Assembly: GCA_047601445.1 (NCBI GenBank)
Contig: JASGJH010000001.1
Span: 768,001 to 832,000, forward strand
Length of the DNA stretch: 64,000 nucleotides
From: Myxococcales bacterium
Lineage (GTDB): Bacteria; Myxococcota_A; Polyangia; Polyangiales; DASUME01
Direction: 5' to 3'
Below the pieces are notes generated by a model. It was not told the DNA's origin and did no database searches. It was given only the letters and a program-made list of their open reading frames with translations. Within the stretch, counting starts at the first letter, position 1. Every line of letters begins with the position of its first letter. The position numbers and the translations under genes are program-made. This document shows positions 20,779 through 31,125 of the stretch, piece after piece.

Positions 20779-21758
20779 TCCATCAGCTCTACATGATCGT
20801 GGCGGACTACTTCGCACACAGCCCCCAGAAGCTGGCCATCGCCATTCTCGACGTGATCGTGGTGGCGGTGCTGGTGTATCGCGTGCTCCTGCTGCTGCGC
20901 GGCACACGGGCGCTGCAGATGGGCGTCGGCTTGGTGCTCGTGTTCTTGGCCTACGAGGCCTCGCGCCGCATCGGCCTGCTCACGCTGTACTCCTTGCTCG
21001 ACGGGCTACTCGCCTCGATGGTGCTCATCATCGTGGTGATCTTCCAGTCCGACATTCGGCGCGCGTTGATGCGGTTCGGTGGGCGCACCTGGTGGGTGCC
21101 TGGATCGAGTGCCAAGGCCACCTCGGCCATCGAAGAGGTGATCAAAGCTGCCACCATGCTGGCCCAGAAGCGCATCGGCGGCCTGATGGTGTTCGAACGC
21201 GATGCCATGCTCGACGAGTTCATCCAGCGCGGTACCCAGCTCGACGCCGTGGCCTCCAAGGAGCTCCTGTACGGCCTGTTCATCCCGAGCTTCGAGAACC
21301 CGCTGCACGACGGCGCCGTGGTCATCCGCGACGGTCGCGTCTGGCAAGCGGGGGCATTCCTGCCCTTGACCAGCAATCCGGATATCGACCGCACCCTTGG
21401 CAGCCGTCACCGTGCGGCCCTCGGCATCAGCGAGGAGACCGATGCCGTGGTGCTGGTGGTCTCGGAGGAGCGCGGCGCCATCAGCCTGGTGTTCAACGGC
21501 AACATGGTGCGCGACGTGGATGCGTCGTCTTTGCGCGATGCCCTGCCCGGGCTGTTGTTCCGGCGTCCACGCCGCAAGAAGAAGAAGAGCGCCGGCGGCG
21601 TCACGTCGCGCCACAGCATGGCCCCCGCGCGCACCTCGGGCTCCTTGGCCTCGGGTTCCCTGCGCGCCTCGGACGTGGGCACGGCGCCCGCTCCGCGTGA
21701 CGACGCAGCCCAGACCAACGCGCCCACCATCCGTTCGGCCGGCGAGAGCGAGCCATGA
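20775..21758 (+). CDS. cdaA: Diadenylate cyclase CdaA (c-di-AMP synthase)
   Basis: 3 TMs plus DisA_N motifs PLHDGA, GSRHRAALGISEETDA and VSEERG. Confidence 0.95.
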   Translation: MIHQLYMIVADYFAHSPQKLAIAILDVIVVAVLVYRVLLLLRGTRALQMGVGLVLVFLAYEASRRIGLLTLYSLLDGLLASMVLIIVVIFQSDIRRALMRFGGRTWWVPGSSAKATSAIEEVIKAATMLAQKRIGGLMVFERDAMLDEFIQRGTQLDAVASKELLYGLFIPSFENPLHDGAVVIRDGRVWQAGAFLPLTSNPDIDRTLGSRHRAALGISEETDAVVLVVSEERGAISLVFNGNMVRDVDASSLRDALPGLLFRRPRRKKKKSAGGVTSRHSMAPARTSGSLASGSLRASDVGTAPAPRDDAAQTNAPTIRSAGESEP

Positions 21759-22696
21759 CGGCGGAAGCCACCCTGCGTCAGCGCATCAAGCGCATGTTCC
21801 AGGAGAACCTCGGCCTCAAGGTATTCTCGTTGGCGGTGTCCATCGGGCTCTTCACCGTGGTGCATGGTGCCGAGTCGGGCCAGCGTTCCTTTCAGGTGCA
21901 GGTGGTGGCCATCCTGCCGCCTGCGTCCAAGGGCAAGGTGCTGGTCAACAAGATCCCCGACAAGGTGAGCGTGAAGCTCAGCGGCAGCCAGTCGGTGATC
22001 AACTCCATTCGCTCGCTCGAGTCTGTGCAGATCGATCTCACGGGCGCCCACGAGTACTACTATTTCGAGCCCTCCCTGTTCGGTCTCCCTGCGGGCCTCG
22101 ATGTCCAGGTGACGCCGCCGAGCTTGACCCTCGACTGGGAGGCGCGGCTGGAGCGCAAGTTGCCCGTGCGCGTGCAGCTTGCGGGACTGGCCAACCCGAA
22201 CCTCGAGCTGGTGAGTAAGCCAGTGGTGACCCCTGCGCGGATCTCGGTGTCGGGTCCGCGCTCGAGCGTCGAGCAGCTCAAGGACCTGGTCACCGAGCCG
22301 GTCTCGCTGTCCGACCTCGGGCCTGGTACCCATCGTCGCCACGTGCCGCTGCTGCCGCTACCGGAGAATATCGCGGTCACCGAGGGCAACGAGATCAACG
22401 TCGAGATCACCATCGACACCAAGAAGGAGCAGCGCAGGCTGCGTCACCTCGAGGTGGCCGCTCTCGGCGTGAACAATGAGATCGTCATGCGGCCGGCGTT
22501 CGTGGACGTCGTGGTGGCGGCGCCGCAGGGCGTGCTCGACGAGCTCAATCCCGAGCACCTGGTGCCGGTAGTGGACCTGGCGGGCGTGAACCTCGGCGGA
22601 GGCGCGGTGAGCGTGCCCGTGGCCGTGCGGGGACTCGCGGAGGGCGCGCGCGTGGTGCGCACCGAGCCCGCCGACGTGCTCGTCCGCAGCAAGTAG
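21755..22696 (+). CDS. cdaR: CdaR/YbbR-like regulator
   Basis: N-terminal TM (ENLGLKVFSL) and YbbR-like beta repeats (P..V.V.GP); overlaps the cdaA stop. Confidence 0.88.
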   Translation: MTAEATLRQRIKRMFQENLGLKVFSLAVSIGLFTVVHGAESGQRSFQVQVVAILPPASKGKVLVNKIPDKVSVKLSGSQSVINSIRSLESVQIDLTGAHEYYYFEPSLFGLPAGLDVQVTPPSLTLDWEARLERKLPVRVQLAGLANPNLELVSKPVVTPARISVSGPRSSVEQLKDLVTEPVSLSDLGPGTHRRHVPLLPLPENIAVTEGNEINVEITIDTKKEQRRLRHLEVAALGVNNEIVMRPAFVDVVVAAPQGVLDELNPEHLVPVVDLAGVNLGGGAVSVPVAVRGLAEGARVVRTEPADVLVRSK

Positions 22697-22723
22697 ACCC
22701 GGAACCCGTGGAGGGCCTGCCTG

Positions 22724-24082
22724 CTAGCCGATGTCGCGCTTGGCTTCTTCGGCGATTTGGTCGGCCATGCGCTTGATGGTGCTCGAGTTCGGTCCCTCGA
22801 TCATCACGCGTAGCTTGGGCTCCGTGCCGCTCCAGCGCACCAGCACGCGGCCGTCGGCCCCCAGGCGGCGCTCCGCGTCGCGGATGGCCTTTTGGGTGTG
22901 GGGCATGTCTTCCAGGGGCTTGCGCGCACTGAACTTGGCGTTGATGAGCACCTGGGGCACCCGTTCGATGGCTTTGTCGGTGAGGTCGCCGATGCCGCGC
23001 TGCTCGCGGGTCGCCACGGCCAGCACCTGCAGCGCGGCCACCAGGCCGTCGCCCGTGGTGGCGTGGTCCAAAAACACAAGATGTCCGCTCTGTTCGCCGC
23101 CAAAGCTCAAGCCGTTCTTGCGCATGGCGTCGACCACGTAGCGGTCACCCACGGCGCAGCGCACGAGCTTGCCCTTCTCGGCGGCCAAGGCCCGCTCGAG
23201 GCCCAGGTTACTCATCACCGTGGCCGCCAGGGTGCGCTTCTTGAGCTTGCCCATGCGCAGCATCCGGGTCGCGCACAGGGCCATCAGGGCGTCGCCGTCG
23301 ACCACTTGGCCGCGCTCGTCGATGAGGATCAGGCGGTCAGCGTCGCCGTCGAGGCACACGCCGAGGTGGGCCTTCTTGCGCAGCACTTCCTTGGCGCAGG
23401 TCTCGGGGTGCGTGGCACCGACCTGACGGTTGATGTTGTAGCCGTCGGGGCGCACGCCGATGGCGATGACCTCGGCGCCCAGTTCGTGGAACACGCTAGG
23501 CGCCACGCGGTAGGCCGCGCCGTGGGCCGCGTCCACCACGATGCGTAGGCCCTCGAGCGTGAGGTCCTGCGGGAAGGTTTGCTTCACGAAGGCCACGTAG
23601 CGACCCGGGGCGTCGTCGAGGCGCTCCGCGCGCCCCACGTTCTTGCCGCGCGGGCGGTTGCGATCGATGGCGTCCGTCTCGATAAGCTTCTCGATCTCGT
23701 GCTCGACCTCGTCGGGCAACTTGAAGCCGTCGGCGGCGAAGATCTTGATGCCGTTGTCCTCGAAGGGGTTGTGCGACGCGCTGATCACCACACCCGCGTC
23801 GGCGCGCATGCTGGTGGTGAGGTGAGCGATGGCCGGCGTGGGCAGCGGGCCCGACAACATGACGCGACCGCCCAGCGCGCACACGCCCGAGGCCAATGCC
23901 GTCTCCAGCAGGTAGCCCGATACGCGCGTGTCCTTGCCGATCACCACGCGGGGCGGGTGCTTCACGCGGCGACGCGCCTGATAGGTGATGGCGGCCCCGA
24001 TGCGAAAGGCGATTTCGGGGGTCATGCTGCCCTGGTTGGCTGGGCCGCGAATACCGTCGGTACCGAAAAGCTTACGTGACAT
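22724..24082 (-). CDS. glmM: Phosphoglucosamine mutase
   Basis: FGTDGIRG, SASHNP, DGDADR, GGEQSGH and RWSGTEP. Confidence 0.97.
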   Translation of the reverse strand: MSRKLFGTDGIRGPANQGSMTPEIAFRIGAAITYQARRRVKHPPRVVIGKDTRVSGYLLETALASGVCALGGRVMLSGPLPTPAIAHLTTSMRADAGVVISASHNPFEDNGIKIFAADGFKLPDEVEHEIEKLIETDAIDRNRPRGKNVGRAERLDDAPGRYVAFVKQTFPQDLTLEGLRIVVDAAHGAAYRVAPSVFHELGAEVIAIGVRPDGYNINRQVGATHPETCAKEVLRKKAHLGVCLDGDADRLILIDERGQVVDGDALMALCATRMLRMGKLKKRTLAATVMSNLGLERALAAEKGKLVRCAVGDRYVVDAMRKNGLSFGGEQSGHLVFLDHATTGDGLVAALQVLAVATREQRGIGDLTDKAIERVPQVLINAKFSARKPLEDMPHTQKAIRDAERRLGADGRVLVRWSGTEPKLRVMIEGPNSSTIKRMADQIAEEAKRDIG

Positions 24083-24141
24083 GCGGAAGGCTTTTGTTAC
24101 CACATCGGCCCTCTGCCTTCAGCATAACGGGAGGGCCTTTT

Positions 24142-27100
24142 TCAGGGCTCCCAGGCCACATCCAGGCGCCAATTCTGCACGGGGCGGTACTCTACAGTGC
24201 CCACCATGTCGGCAGGAAAGCGTAGCTCGAGCAGGCCACCGCTGCGGCTCTGTGGGGGAATCGGGTTGTTGCTGACCGTGTCGGTGTTCGTGGTGCCGCT
24301 CGCGCCCGGCGTGACGAAGCCCTCCACGTAGGCTCCGCGCACCACGTGGCGCAGCGGACCCAGACGTTTCTCGATCAGCTGGTCGAGCTGAACGCCGGCG
24401 CGGATGCGGGTGGTCCGCATGGACTGGTTGCTGCGTTGCTCGATGGAGAGCACCGGGATCGCCCCGCCGAACTCCTTGCGTACCTCCTCCGTGAGCAAGC
24501 CCGCAGTGGCGCCTGCCAGGATGCCCGCCGCCGCGCCCGTGGCGTCCTGGTTCTGACGGGCTACGTCGTCGCTGCGCGCGCCCAGCAGTTGAGCGATGAT
24601 TTCGCCGGTATCGGTGATGCTCGGGTCGCTGTGGGTGAACGATACCTTCGGGTCACTCAGGCGCCCGTCCACACGCACACCGATTTCGTCTCCACCCACC
24701 TTGTGCACCGCGTACAGGTTGACCAGGGGATCGAGCTGGTCGCTGCCGTCGAACGCCATACGGCTCTCGCGCAGCTCGAAGCGCTTGCCGTAGAGCTCGA
24801 TGTCGCCGCGCTTCAGCTCCGCGTTGCCCTCGATGGTGAGCGCGGGATTCCGATATCTCACCAGGAGGTCGGCCATGACCTCCGCGTTCAAGCCTGTGCG
24901 CATCACGCGGAACGGCGGCTTCTGCGACAGGAATCGCAGCTCGAACACATACGGGTTCTCCCCGGGCGGCTCGGGTGCTTCGCCCACCACGAATACGTTC
25001 GGGTGCGGATCCAGATCTTGCAGGCTGCTGGCCAGGTCGTTGGGCAAATTGACGCGTAGCTCGAGCACTTGCAGTTCGCTTCGTGTGCGCTGGGGGTCGA
25101 TCTCCGCCCGCAGGCGCAGCCGGCCCGACAGCGATGACACCAACGCGCCTTCCTGACGCACGGGGAAGTCCGCCAGCTTGAGGATCAAGTCGGTGCGCAC
25201 GCTGGTCGCCTTGTCGAACACCACGTTGCCGACCGTCTTGAGCGTGCCCTTGAAGTCATGGCCTTCGAAGTCCTCGATGCGCAGCCAGTTGCCCTTGAGG
25301 GTGAGCTTGGCCGTGACGTCGTCGAACTCCTGGCCAAGTGCGGTGACTCCGATGCGGCCGCGCGTGAGGTTCAAGCGTCCGTCGAAGGTCAACACGTCGT
25401 GCGCCACCTGGTACTGGACCCGTGTGGCGCCGTCGAGGGTTCCACTCACGCGTGCGTCGATGGGGAACGCCACCAGCACCGGGGCCAGCTCGAAGCGCGT
25501 GAACTTCATGTTGGCCTGGATGGGATCGATGTTCGCGGGCGTGGGGTCGGAGAACGTGGCCTGCGGCATGGACCCCGAAATGTCCGCGCGTGATCCGTTG
25601 CCTTGATCGATGGAGATGGAATAGCCGACGCGGTGATTCTCGAGGCCGCCCTTGATGCGCACCGAGAACGGGCGTCCGATGGCCCGCGCGTCGCGCAGGT
25701 TGCCGAAGTGTTGGCCCTGGCTTGCGTTAGGCACGAGTTGGAGCGCCGCCGATTCCGCCACGAAGCTCAGGTCCGGGGGATCTGCGAACAAGTCCTTGCC
25801 TTCGAGGTCCACCTTGAGTGGGCCCGCGACGTACTCGCACAGAACCGGCAATTCCTCGGCCGTGTCCGTGGTGGCGTGGAGCGTGAGATCCATGCGCGGC
25901 GGCGTGAACGGGACGCTGCCGGTGAGCCAGCCCGTGAGCGGCGTGTCCGCCAGCAGCGTACCGTTGGCCATCTTCTCCCGATCGAGGGAGATGCTGAGCG
26001 TCCCGGTGGTGCCCTTGTCGTGGGCGTTGGCGCTGAGTGACAGATCGGGACGGCGCACGATGGAGCAGGCTCCGATGCCCGCCTCGCCGTTGGGCCACGT
26101 GGCGTGCACCTTCAGCTCGCCGTGGGGGCCTTGCGGACCTTGCGCGAGGCTGGCGCTGCCGCCTGCCAGCAAGGGAACGTCGAGCGCCAGCGCACCGGGC
26201 AGTTCGTCGAGGCGCCGCTCGCTGACGCTCAGGGTCAGCTCGAAGGGGCGCGTGCCCAGGCTCGCACGTACCGCGTTCATGTCGGCGAGCTCGAGTGGCG
26301 TGGCGCTGAGCTTGGCGGTGAGCTTGGCGACGGGACCGCGGTCGTCGGCCAGCGCGAGCTCGCGCAAGTTCAGCTGCTTGCCGTCGTGCTCCACGTCGAG
26401 GTCGATCTGCACCGGGGGCCAGTCGCGATACACGAAGCCACGCACCTGGCTCTTCACGTCGATGATGGGGTCCTTGAATGTGCCGGCGCCGCGTACGGTG
26501 GCGCTGATGGTGCCCGGAGGGGGCTCGAGGCCGATCCATTCGAGCCAGGGCTTGCTCACGCTGAAGGGCACGTTCTCGAAGTCCATGCCGAATTGGTAGT
26601 TGCCGCTCAGGACCTGCTGACTGAAGCCGTGGCCCGGCCCGGGCGCGCCACCCGCATAGATGCTGATGCGGCTCCCGTCGGGCAATCCGAGCTCGCTGTC
26701 GATGTCGAAGCGATCTTCGACGAACACCATCGAGAGCAGCAGATTCAGGTTGGTCATGCCCAGGAAGACGCCGTTGCGCACCGAGCCCTGGGCATCGATG
26801 CGGGGCTGGTGCGGCACCCCCGAGAGCGTCAGGGTGCCGTCGAGGGTTCCGTCGAGGTCGGCCAAGTCAAGGCCCGAGAGCTCGCGCAGACCGCCGAGAT
26901 CGAAGCTCTGGATGGTGCCCTCCACGCGATAGGCCCGCGAGTACGAGTAGCGGCCCTTGAGATCCAGGCGTTGCGCACCGTTGGCCAAGAACACCTTGTG
27001 AAACTCGATGCCATCCGGCTGCAGCAGAAGGTCTGCCTGGGCGCGCCAGGGTTCGCGGTCGCCGACGCTGAGCTCGAAGGGGAAGGCCAGCACGTGGAAG

Positions 27101-28755
27101 TTCTCGCCCTGCTGCTCGAGCTGCACGTGGCCCGTGAGCGCGCGGCCGGTCGCGTCTTTGAAGGAGAAGTCCGAGCCGTAGCGTCCGTGATCGCCATGCA
27201 CCGCGAAGCTAAAGGTGTCGGCGGCGTAGCCCTCGAACGCGAGCCCTGCGGCGTGACCCTTGAGCTTCACCCGCGGCCTGAGGAAGTCCTGATCGACCCG
27301 GATCGCACCCTGGATTTGCAGCGCCTTGAAGGCGGCACCTTGATACGAGAATTTCTCGAGCCCCAGGTCGCCGTCGAAAGAGAACGTGTCGCCTCGCTTC
27401 TGCACCAACGCGTCCGTGCGCAGGCCCACTCGCACGCCCGTGCTGCGCAGGGTGGGGTCGCGGCTCACGTCGGGCACCACCGAGCGGATGTGCAGGCTGC
27501 CGTCGGCGTTCTCATCGACCCAGCCGTTGGCCGAGAAGCGCCCGCCTGCGTAGAAGGCGAGCACGTGGTCGATGTCGAAGCGACCGTGGGCGTAGCGGCC
27601 CACCAGCTCCGTGTCCTGGATGGCGACGCCGAGCACATCGAGCAGGGGCGCGCGAGCGTTGATGGTGACGGGGCCGTCCTTGGGCGCCGTGGAGTCCACG
27701 CTGACCTGGACCTTCACCGGCGGGAAGTAAGCGAGCAGGCGATTGAGCTCGAGGCCCTGGGTTTCCACGTGAACCCGCAAGTCACCGGCGTCGGGCATGT
27801 CTCCGCGCACCACCAGCGGACCTGCGTCGGTGCGGAGGGCCGCGCCGAAGGTGAGATGATCGAGCGGACCGTCGAGTCGCACGGCGCCTTCGAACGGGCT
27901 GATCAACGAGCTCGCGATGCTGATGTCGAAGGCGCGCAGCAAATCGGACGAGGCGGGCTCGGTGACCGCCAGGAGCGCCAGGTGATCGGGACCGTGCGCA
28001 GGCGCGCTGTAGCTGAGCGTGACGCGCAGCTTGTCCTGGTTGACGTTGAGGCGGGCCAGCGTGCGGATGCGTAAGGGCTCGGTGAGCACCTGGGTGGTGG
28101 CCTGCGCGAGCTCGAAGGGCAGCGCGAAGGGCGCCACCAGCGTGCCCGTGACCTTGGTGACATCGGCCTCGAAGATGCCTTTGACGCGGATGTGTCCCTT
28201 GACCTCGAGGTTCTCGGCGCGCAGACCCGAGAGCCCCGGCACGTCGCCGTAGAGCTGGCCGCGCTCGATGTGGATGTTCTCGAAGAACACCTGGAAGGTC
28301 GAGGGTTCGGCATCGGGAGGCGTGGGCTCGTTGGCACCCTTGGGCATCAAGGCGTCGAACAGCGTGATGGCAGCGCCCTCGGGCGAGGCGTAGGAGCGAA
28401 TGCGTGCGCCCACCATGTGTCCGCGCGTGAAGCGCAGGCGGTTTTGCGCGAGCTCGTACAGGTTCATGTCGAGCTCGAGGCGCTCCGCGTGCAGCACCGG
28501 ACGCTTCTGGGGGTCGAGCACGGTGACGCCCACCGCGACGATGCCGCCGAGATCCAGGGCGTCCACGCGGTCGATGTGCACCTCACCCTGCAGCAGGTTC
28601 GCCAGCTGCGTCTCCAGCGTGCGGCGCGCGAAGCCCCGTACGTCAGGTCCGAAGCGATCCCACATGAACGCCACGACACCCGCCACGAGCGCGAGCGCGC
28701 CCGCGACCCACAGGAGTCGTGTGCGCCAGCGCGATCGCGTGGGTTCGGTGCTCAA
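24142..28755 (-). CDS. tamB: Translocation and assembly module TamB-family protein
   Basis: 1537 aa with an N-terminal anchor, long beta-rich body and DUF490-like C-terminus (YGKRFEL..F.G...DP); downstream of an Omp85 gene. Confidence 0.85.
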   Translation of the reverse strand: MSTEPTRSRWRTRLLWVAGALALVAGVVAFMWDRFGPDVRGFARRTLETQLANLLQGEVHIDRVDALDLGGIVAVGVTVLDPQKRPVLHAERLELDMNLYELAQNRLRFTRGHMVGARIRSYASPEGAAITLFDALMPKGANEPTPPDAEPSTFQVFFENIHIERGQLYGDVPGLSGLRAENLEVKGHIRVKGIFEADVTKVTGTLVAPFALPFELAQATTQVLTEPLRIRTLARLNVNQDKLRVTLSYSAPAHGPDHLALLAVTEPASSDLLRAFDISIASSLISPFEGAVRLDGPLDHLTFGAALRTDAGPLVVRGDMPDAGDLRVHVETQGLELNRLLAYFPPVKVQVSVDSTAPKDGPVTINARAPLLDVLGVAIQDTELVGRYAHGRFDIDHVLAFYAGGRFSANGWVDENADGSLHIRSVVPDVSRDPTLRSTGVRVGLRTDALVQKRGDTFSFDGDLGLEKFSYQGAAFKALQIQGAIRVDQDFLRPRVKLKGHAAGLAFEGYAADTFSFAVHGDHGRYGSDFSFKDATGRALTGHVQLEQQGENFHVLAFPFELSVGDREPWRAQADLLLQPDGIEFHKVFLANGAQRLDLKGRYSYSRAYRVEGTIQSFDLGGLRELSGLDLADLDGTLDGTLTLSGVPHQPRIDAQGSVRNGVFLGMTNLNLLLSMVFVEDRFDIDSELGLPDGSRISIYAGGAPGPGHGFSQQVLSGNYQFGMDFENVPFSVSKPWLEWIGLEPPPGTISATVRGAGTFKDPIIDVKSQVRGFVYRDWPPVQIDLDVEHDGKQLNLRELALADDRGPVAKLTAKLSATPLELADMNAVRASLGTRPFELTLSVSERRLDELPGALALDVPLLAGGSASLAQGPQGPHGELKVHATWPNGEAGIGACSIVRRPDLSLSANAHDKGTTGTLSISLDREKMANGTLLADTPLTGWLTGSVPFTPPRMDLTLHATTDTAEELPVLCEYVAGPLKVDLEGKDLFADPPDLSFVAESAALQLVPNASQGQHFGNLRDARAIGRPFSVRIKGGLENHRVGYSISIDQGNGSRADISGSMPQATFSDPTPANIDPIQANMKFTRFELAPVLVAFPIDARVSGTLDGATRVQYQVAHDVLTFDGRLNLTRGRIGVTALGQEFDDVTAKLTLKGNWLRIEDFEGHDFKGTLKTVGNVVFDKATSVRTDLILKLADFPVRQEGALVSSLSGRLRLRAEIDPQRTRSELQVLELRVNLPNDLASSLQDLDPHPNVFVVGEAPEPPGENPYVFELRFLSQKPPFRVMRTGLNAEVMADLLVRYRNPALTIEGNAELKRGDIELYGKRFELRESRMAFDGSDQLDPLVNLYAVHKVGGDEIGVRVDGRLSDPKVSFTHSDPSITDTGEIIAQLLGARSDDVARQNQDATGAAAGILAGATAGLLTEEVRKEFGGAIPVLSIEQRSNQSMRTTRIRAGVQLDQLIEKRLGPLRHVVRGAYVEGFVTPGASGTTNTDTVSNNPIPPQSRSGGLLELRFPADMVGTVEYRPVQNWRLDVAWEP

Positions 28756-31028
28756 AAGGCCTCGCCGATGGTGAGATGGACCGCTCCGTTGAACCTGAAC
28801 AGCGGATCTTCGCGGTTTACCTTGCTGCGTCCCTTGGGGTCGCCTTGCAGTCCCGGGACCAGCCAGCCTACGTCCAGGCGGATCGGTCCCACGATGGTCT
28901 TGTAGCGCAGGCCGCCGCCCAGGGTGGTGTTCGGTCGATCGAAGCGGAAACGCGCGGGTTGGCTCGCGGTGCCGCCGTCCACATCGCCCACGTCGACGAA
29001 GCTCGCGATGCCAAAGCTATCGCCGAGTGGTACTCGCAGCTCGACGCTCGCGATCCAGCTGCGGGTGCCGCCGGGAAAGCCGAGCACCGTGTCCAGATTG
29101 GTTTGTCCGAGGGCGCCCGCTTGCACGCCGCGCACCGAGTAGGGGCCACCACCGCGCAAGCGATACGGGCGCGGACCGAGGTGCTGCAGCTGGTCGGAGA
29201 GGCCGGTGTCCGCGGTGTAGACCTTGATCCAGCCGATGCCCGCGCGCGCACCCAAAACGAGGCCGTAGGGCAGGGGGAAGAACTGGCGTAGCTCGGGCGT
29301 GACGCGCAGATAGAACCACTCCGAGGGCGGCAAGGTTTCGTGGATCTCGAAGCGAGCCAACGTACCGCGGTGCGTGCTCGCGCGATCATCGCGGGTGTCC
29401 CACTCGAGCACCTGCTGCAAGAACAACAAGTGGTACCCCTCGGTGCGCTTCAACTGAGTCACGGCGATGGCCTCGATCGTGGTCAGGTCGCCGAACAAGT
29501 CCTTGGGGATGTACGGGTTGAAGTGGATCGCGAACGAGGTGTTGAGCCGATTCTTGAAGAAGCTGCGCGAGGGCCCGAGGCCAATGTCGATGTCGTCGCG
29601 GATGAACTTGGCGCCGTAGGGGTCGGGGCCGCGATCCCAGTTGGCGTTGAAGCGCAGCATGGTGCGCGCCTCGAGGAACGCCGGCCATTCGAGGATGGTG
29701 CTCAGCGTGTTACCGAAGCGTGGAGGCTCGCGCTGACCCTGGGCATCCTCCAGGCGCGGGAAGGGTGCCAGAAAGACCAGGCGCGGGCGCTCTTCGATGC
29801 GCAGACGCCGCAAGCCGCCGAGGAAGTTTTTCACCTCCGCGTAGGTGAACAGATGCACGTCCCACTGCTGGGTCGCGTTGATGGCGCGCTGGCCATCCTC
29901 GACGCCGATTTGCAAGCCCGCGCCGAAGCCGAGTCGGTAGAGCTTGGCGGGCTTGACGCGGATCTCGATGGGCACCCGCGCGTTCTTGGAGGCCTTCTTG
30001 GGCAGACGGCACACGCAATCCGTGGTGACTTCGGGCTCGCCACCGGCCACGGGTGTGGCCTGGTTGTTCTGCCACGCGAGCCACTCGCCTTCCTTGCCGT
30101 TCTCGCCGGGAAACTGGTTGGCCCCGGTCCGCGGATCCTGTCGACCCACCACCAGCTCCACCTCCGAGAACACGCGCATTTGGTAGATGCGTGTGCGGGC
30201 GTCTTCGAGGTCGGTCTCGCTGAAGGGCCGACCCGGGCGCAGGTCGCTCGCCTGCAAGATGAGGCGCGGTGGCAGCTTGCCGAAGCCTTCGACGCAGACC
30301 TCGCCGAACTCACTGAAGGGGCCTGGTTTGACGTTGAAGGCGATCACCGCGGAGCGCTGCTTGGGATCGATGTCGACGCGGCCCTCGACCTCCGCCGAGG
30401 CGTAGCCGCCATCGCGCAGCAAGCGCTCGAGCTTGAGCTCGGTTTGATCGAAGATGGCCTCGTCGAAACGGTCGTCCACCTGGATTTCGTTGGCCACCGC
30501 CATCAGCTCCTGGCTGAGGGACTCGTCCAGGCCGTTCGTGCCCTGCAGGGAGGCGCTGAAGACGCGCACGGGTTCACCCTCGGAGACGGTGACCTGCAGC
30601 CGGATCTTGTTCTTGTCGGTGCGCGTGCCGTAGAGGGCCTCCTCTGGCTCGGAGGTGGTCTTGAGCACGCTGGCGCCGTAGTAGCCGCGCGCGCGGTACC
30701 AGCGCTCGATGCGGGCCAAATCGCGCTCGAACACGCTGGGCTCGTAGAGCGGCCAGTCCGTCCAGGCCCAGCGCCACAGGGGCAAGTGCAGCCGTCGGGC
30801 ATCGAAGGGCGGCTTGCCGCAGGTGGGCGCGGGCTCCTTGCTCAGGTCGATGGAGAGCCACTGGCGCTCCTGGGTGGCCAGGCAGGCTTGCAGCGCGAAG
30901 CGGTCGAGATCGTCGACCCCGAGGATCTCGAGCTTGTCGACGCCATAGCGGCCCTCGGGGATGTGGGCGCAGGCCCCCAGGACGAAGGCGGCGAGCAGCG
31001 CCAGAGACGGAAAAAAGCGGGTCCGCAT
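28752..31028 (-). CDS. tamA: TamA/BamA (Omp85) outer-membrane protein with lipobox
   Basis: LGAC lipobox, POTRA motifs (YRARGYY, VSEG), GGPYSVRG loop, GPIRLD and C-terminal GEAF. Confidence 0.88.
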   Translation of the reverse strand: MRTRFFPSLALLAAFVLGACAHIPEGRYGVDKLEILGVDDLDRFALQACLATQERQWLSIDLSKEPAPTCGKPPFDARRLHLPLWRWAWTDWPLYEPSVFERDLARIERWYRARGYYGASVLKTTSEPEEALYGTRTDKNKIRLQVTVSEGEPVRVFSASLQGTNGLDESLSQELMAVANEIQVDDRFDEAIFDQTELKLERLLRDGGYASAEVEGRVDIDPKQRSAVIAFNVKPGPFSEFGEVCVEGFGKLPPRLILQASDLRPGRPFSETDLEDARTRIYQMRVFSEVELVVGRQDPRTGANQFPGENGKEGEWLAWQNNQATPVAGGEPEVTTDCVCRLPKKASKNARVPIEIRVKPAKLYRLGFGAGLQIGVEDGQRAINATQQWDVHLFTYAEVKNFLGGLRRLRIEERPRLVFLAPFPRLEDAQGQREPPRFGNTLSTILEWPAFLEARTMLRFNANWDRGPDPYGAKFIRDDIDIGLGPSRSFFKNRLNTSFAIHFNPYIPKDLFGDLTTIEAIAVTQLKRTEGYHLLFLQQVLEWDTRDDRASTHRGTLARFEIHETLPPSEWFYLRVTPELRQFFPLPYGLVLGARAGIGWIKVYTADTGLSDQLQHLGPRPYRLRGGGPYSVRGVQAGALGQTNLDTVLGFPGGTRSWIASVELRVPLGDSFGIASFVDVGDVDGGTASQPARFRFDRPNTTLGGGLRYKTIVGPIRLDVGWLVPGLQGDPKGRSKVNREDPLFRFNGAVHLTIGEAF

Positions 31029-31125
31029 GCGAGCGCCGACTCGAAGCACGCGTTTTCGCGTGCGAGTCGCGTATCGAGCGAACCCGCTACATCCCATCGG
31101 CTAGGGATCTACTACGGAGCGGACC

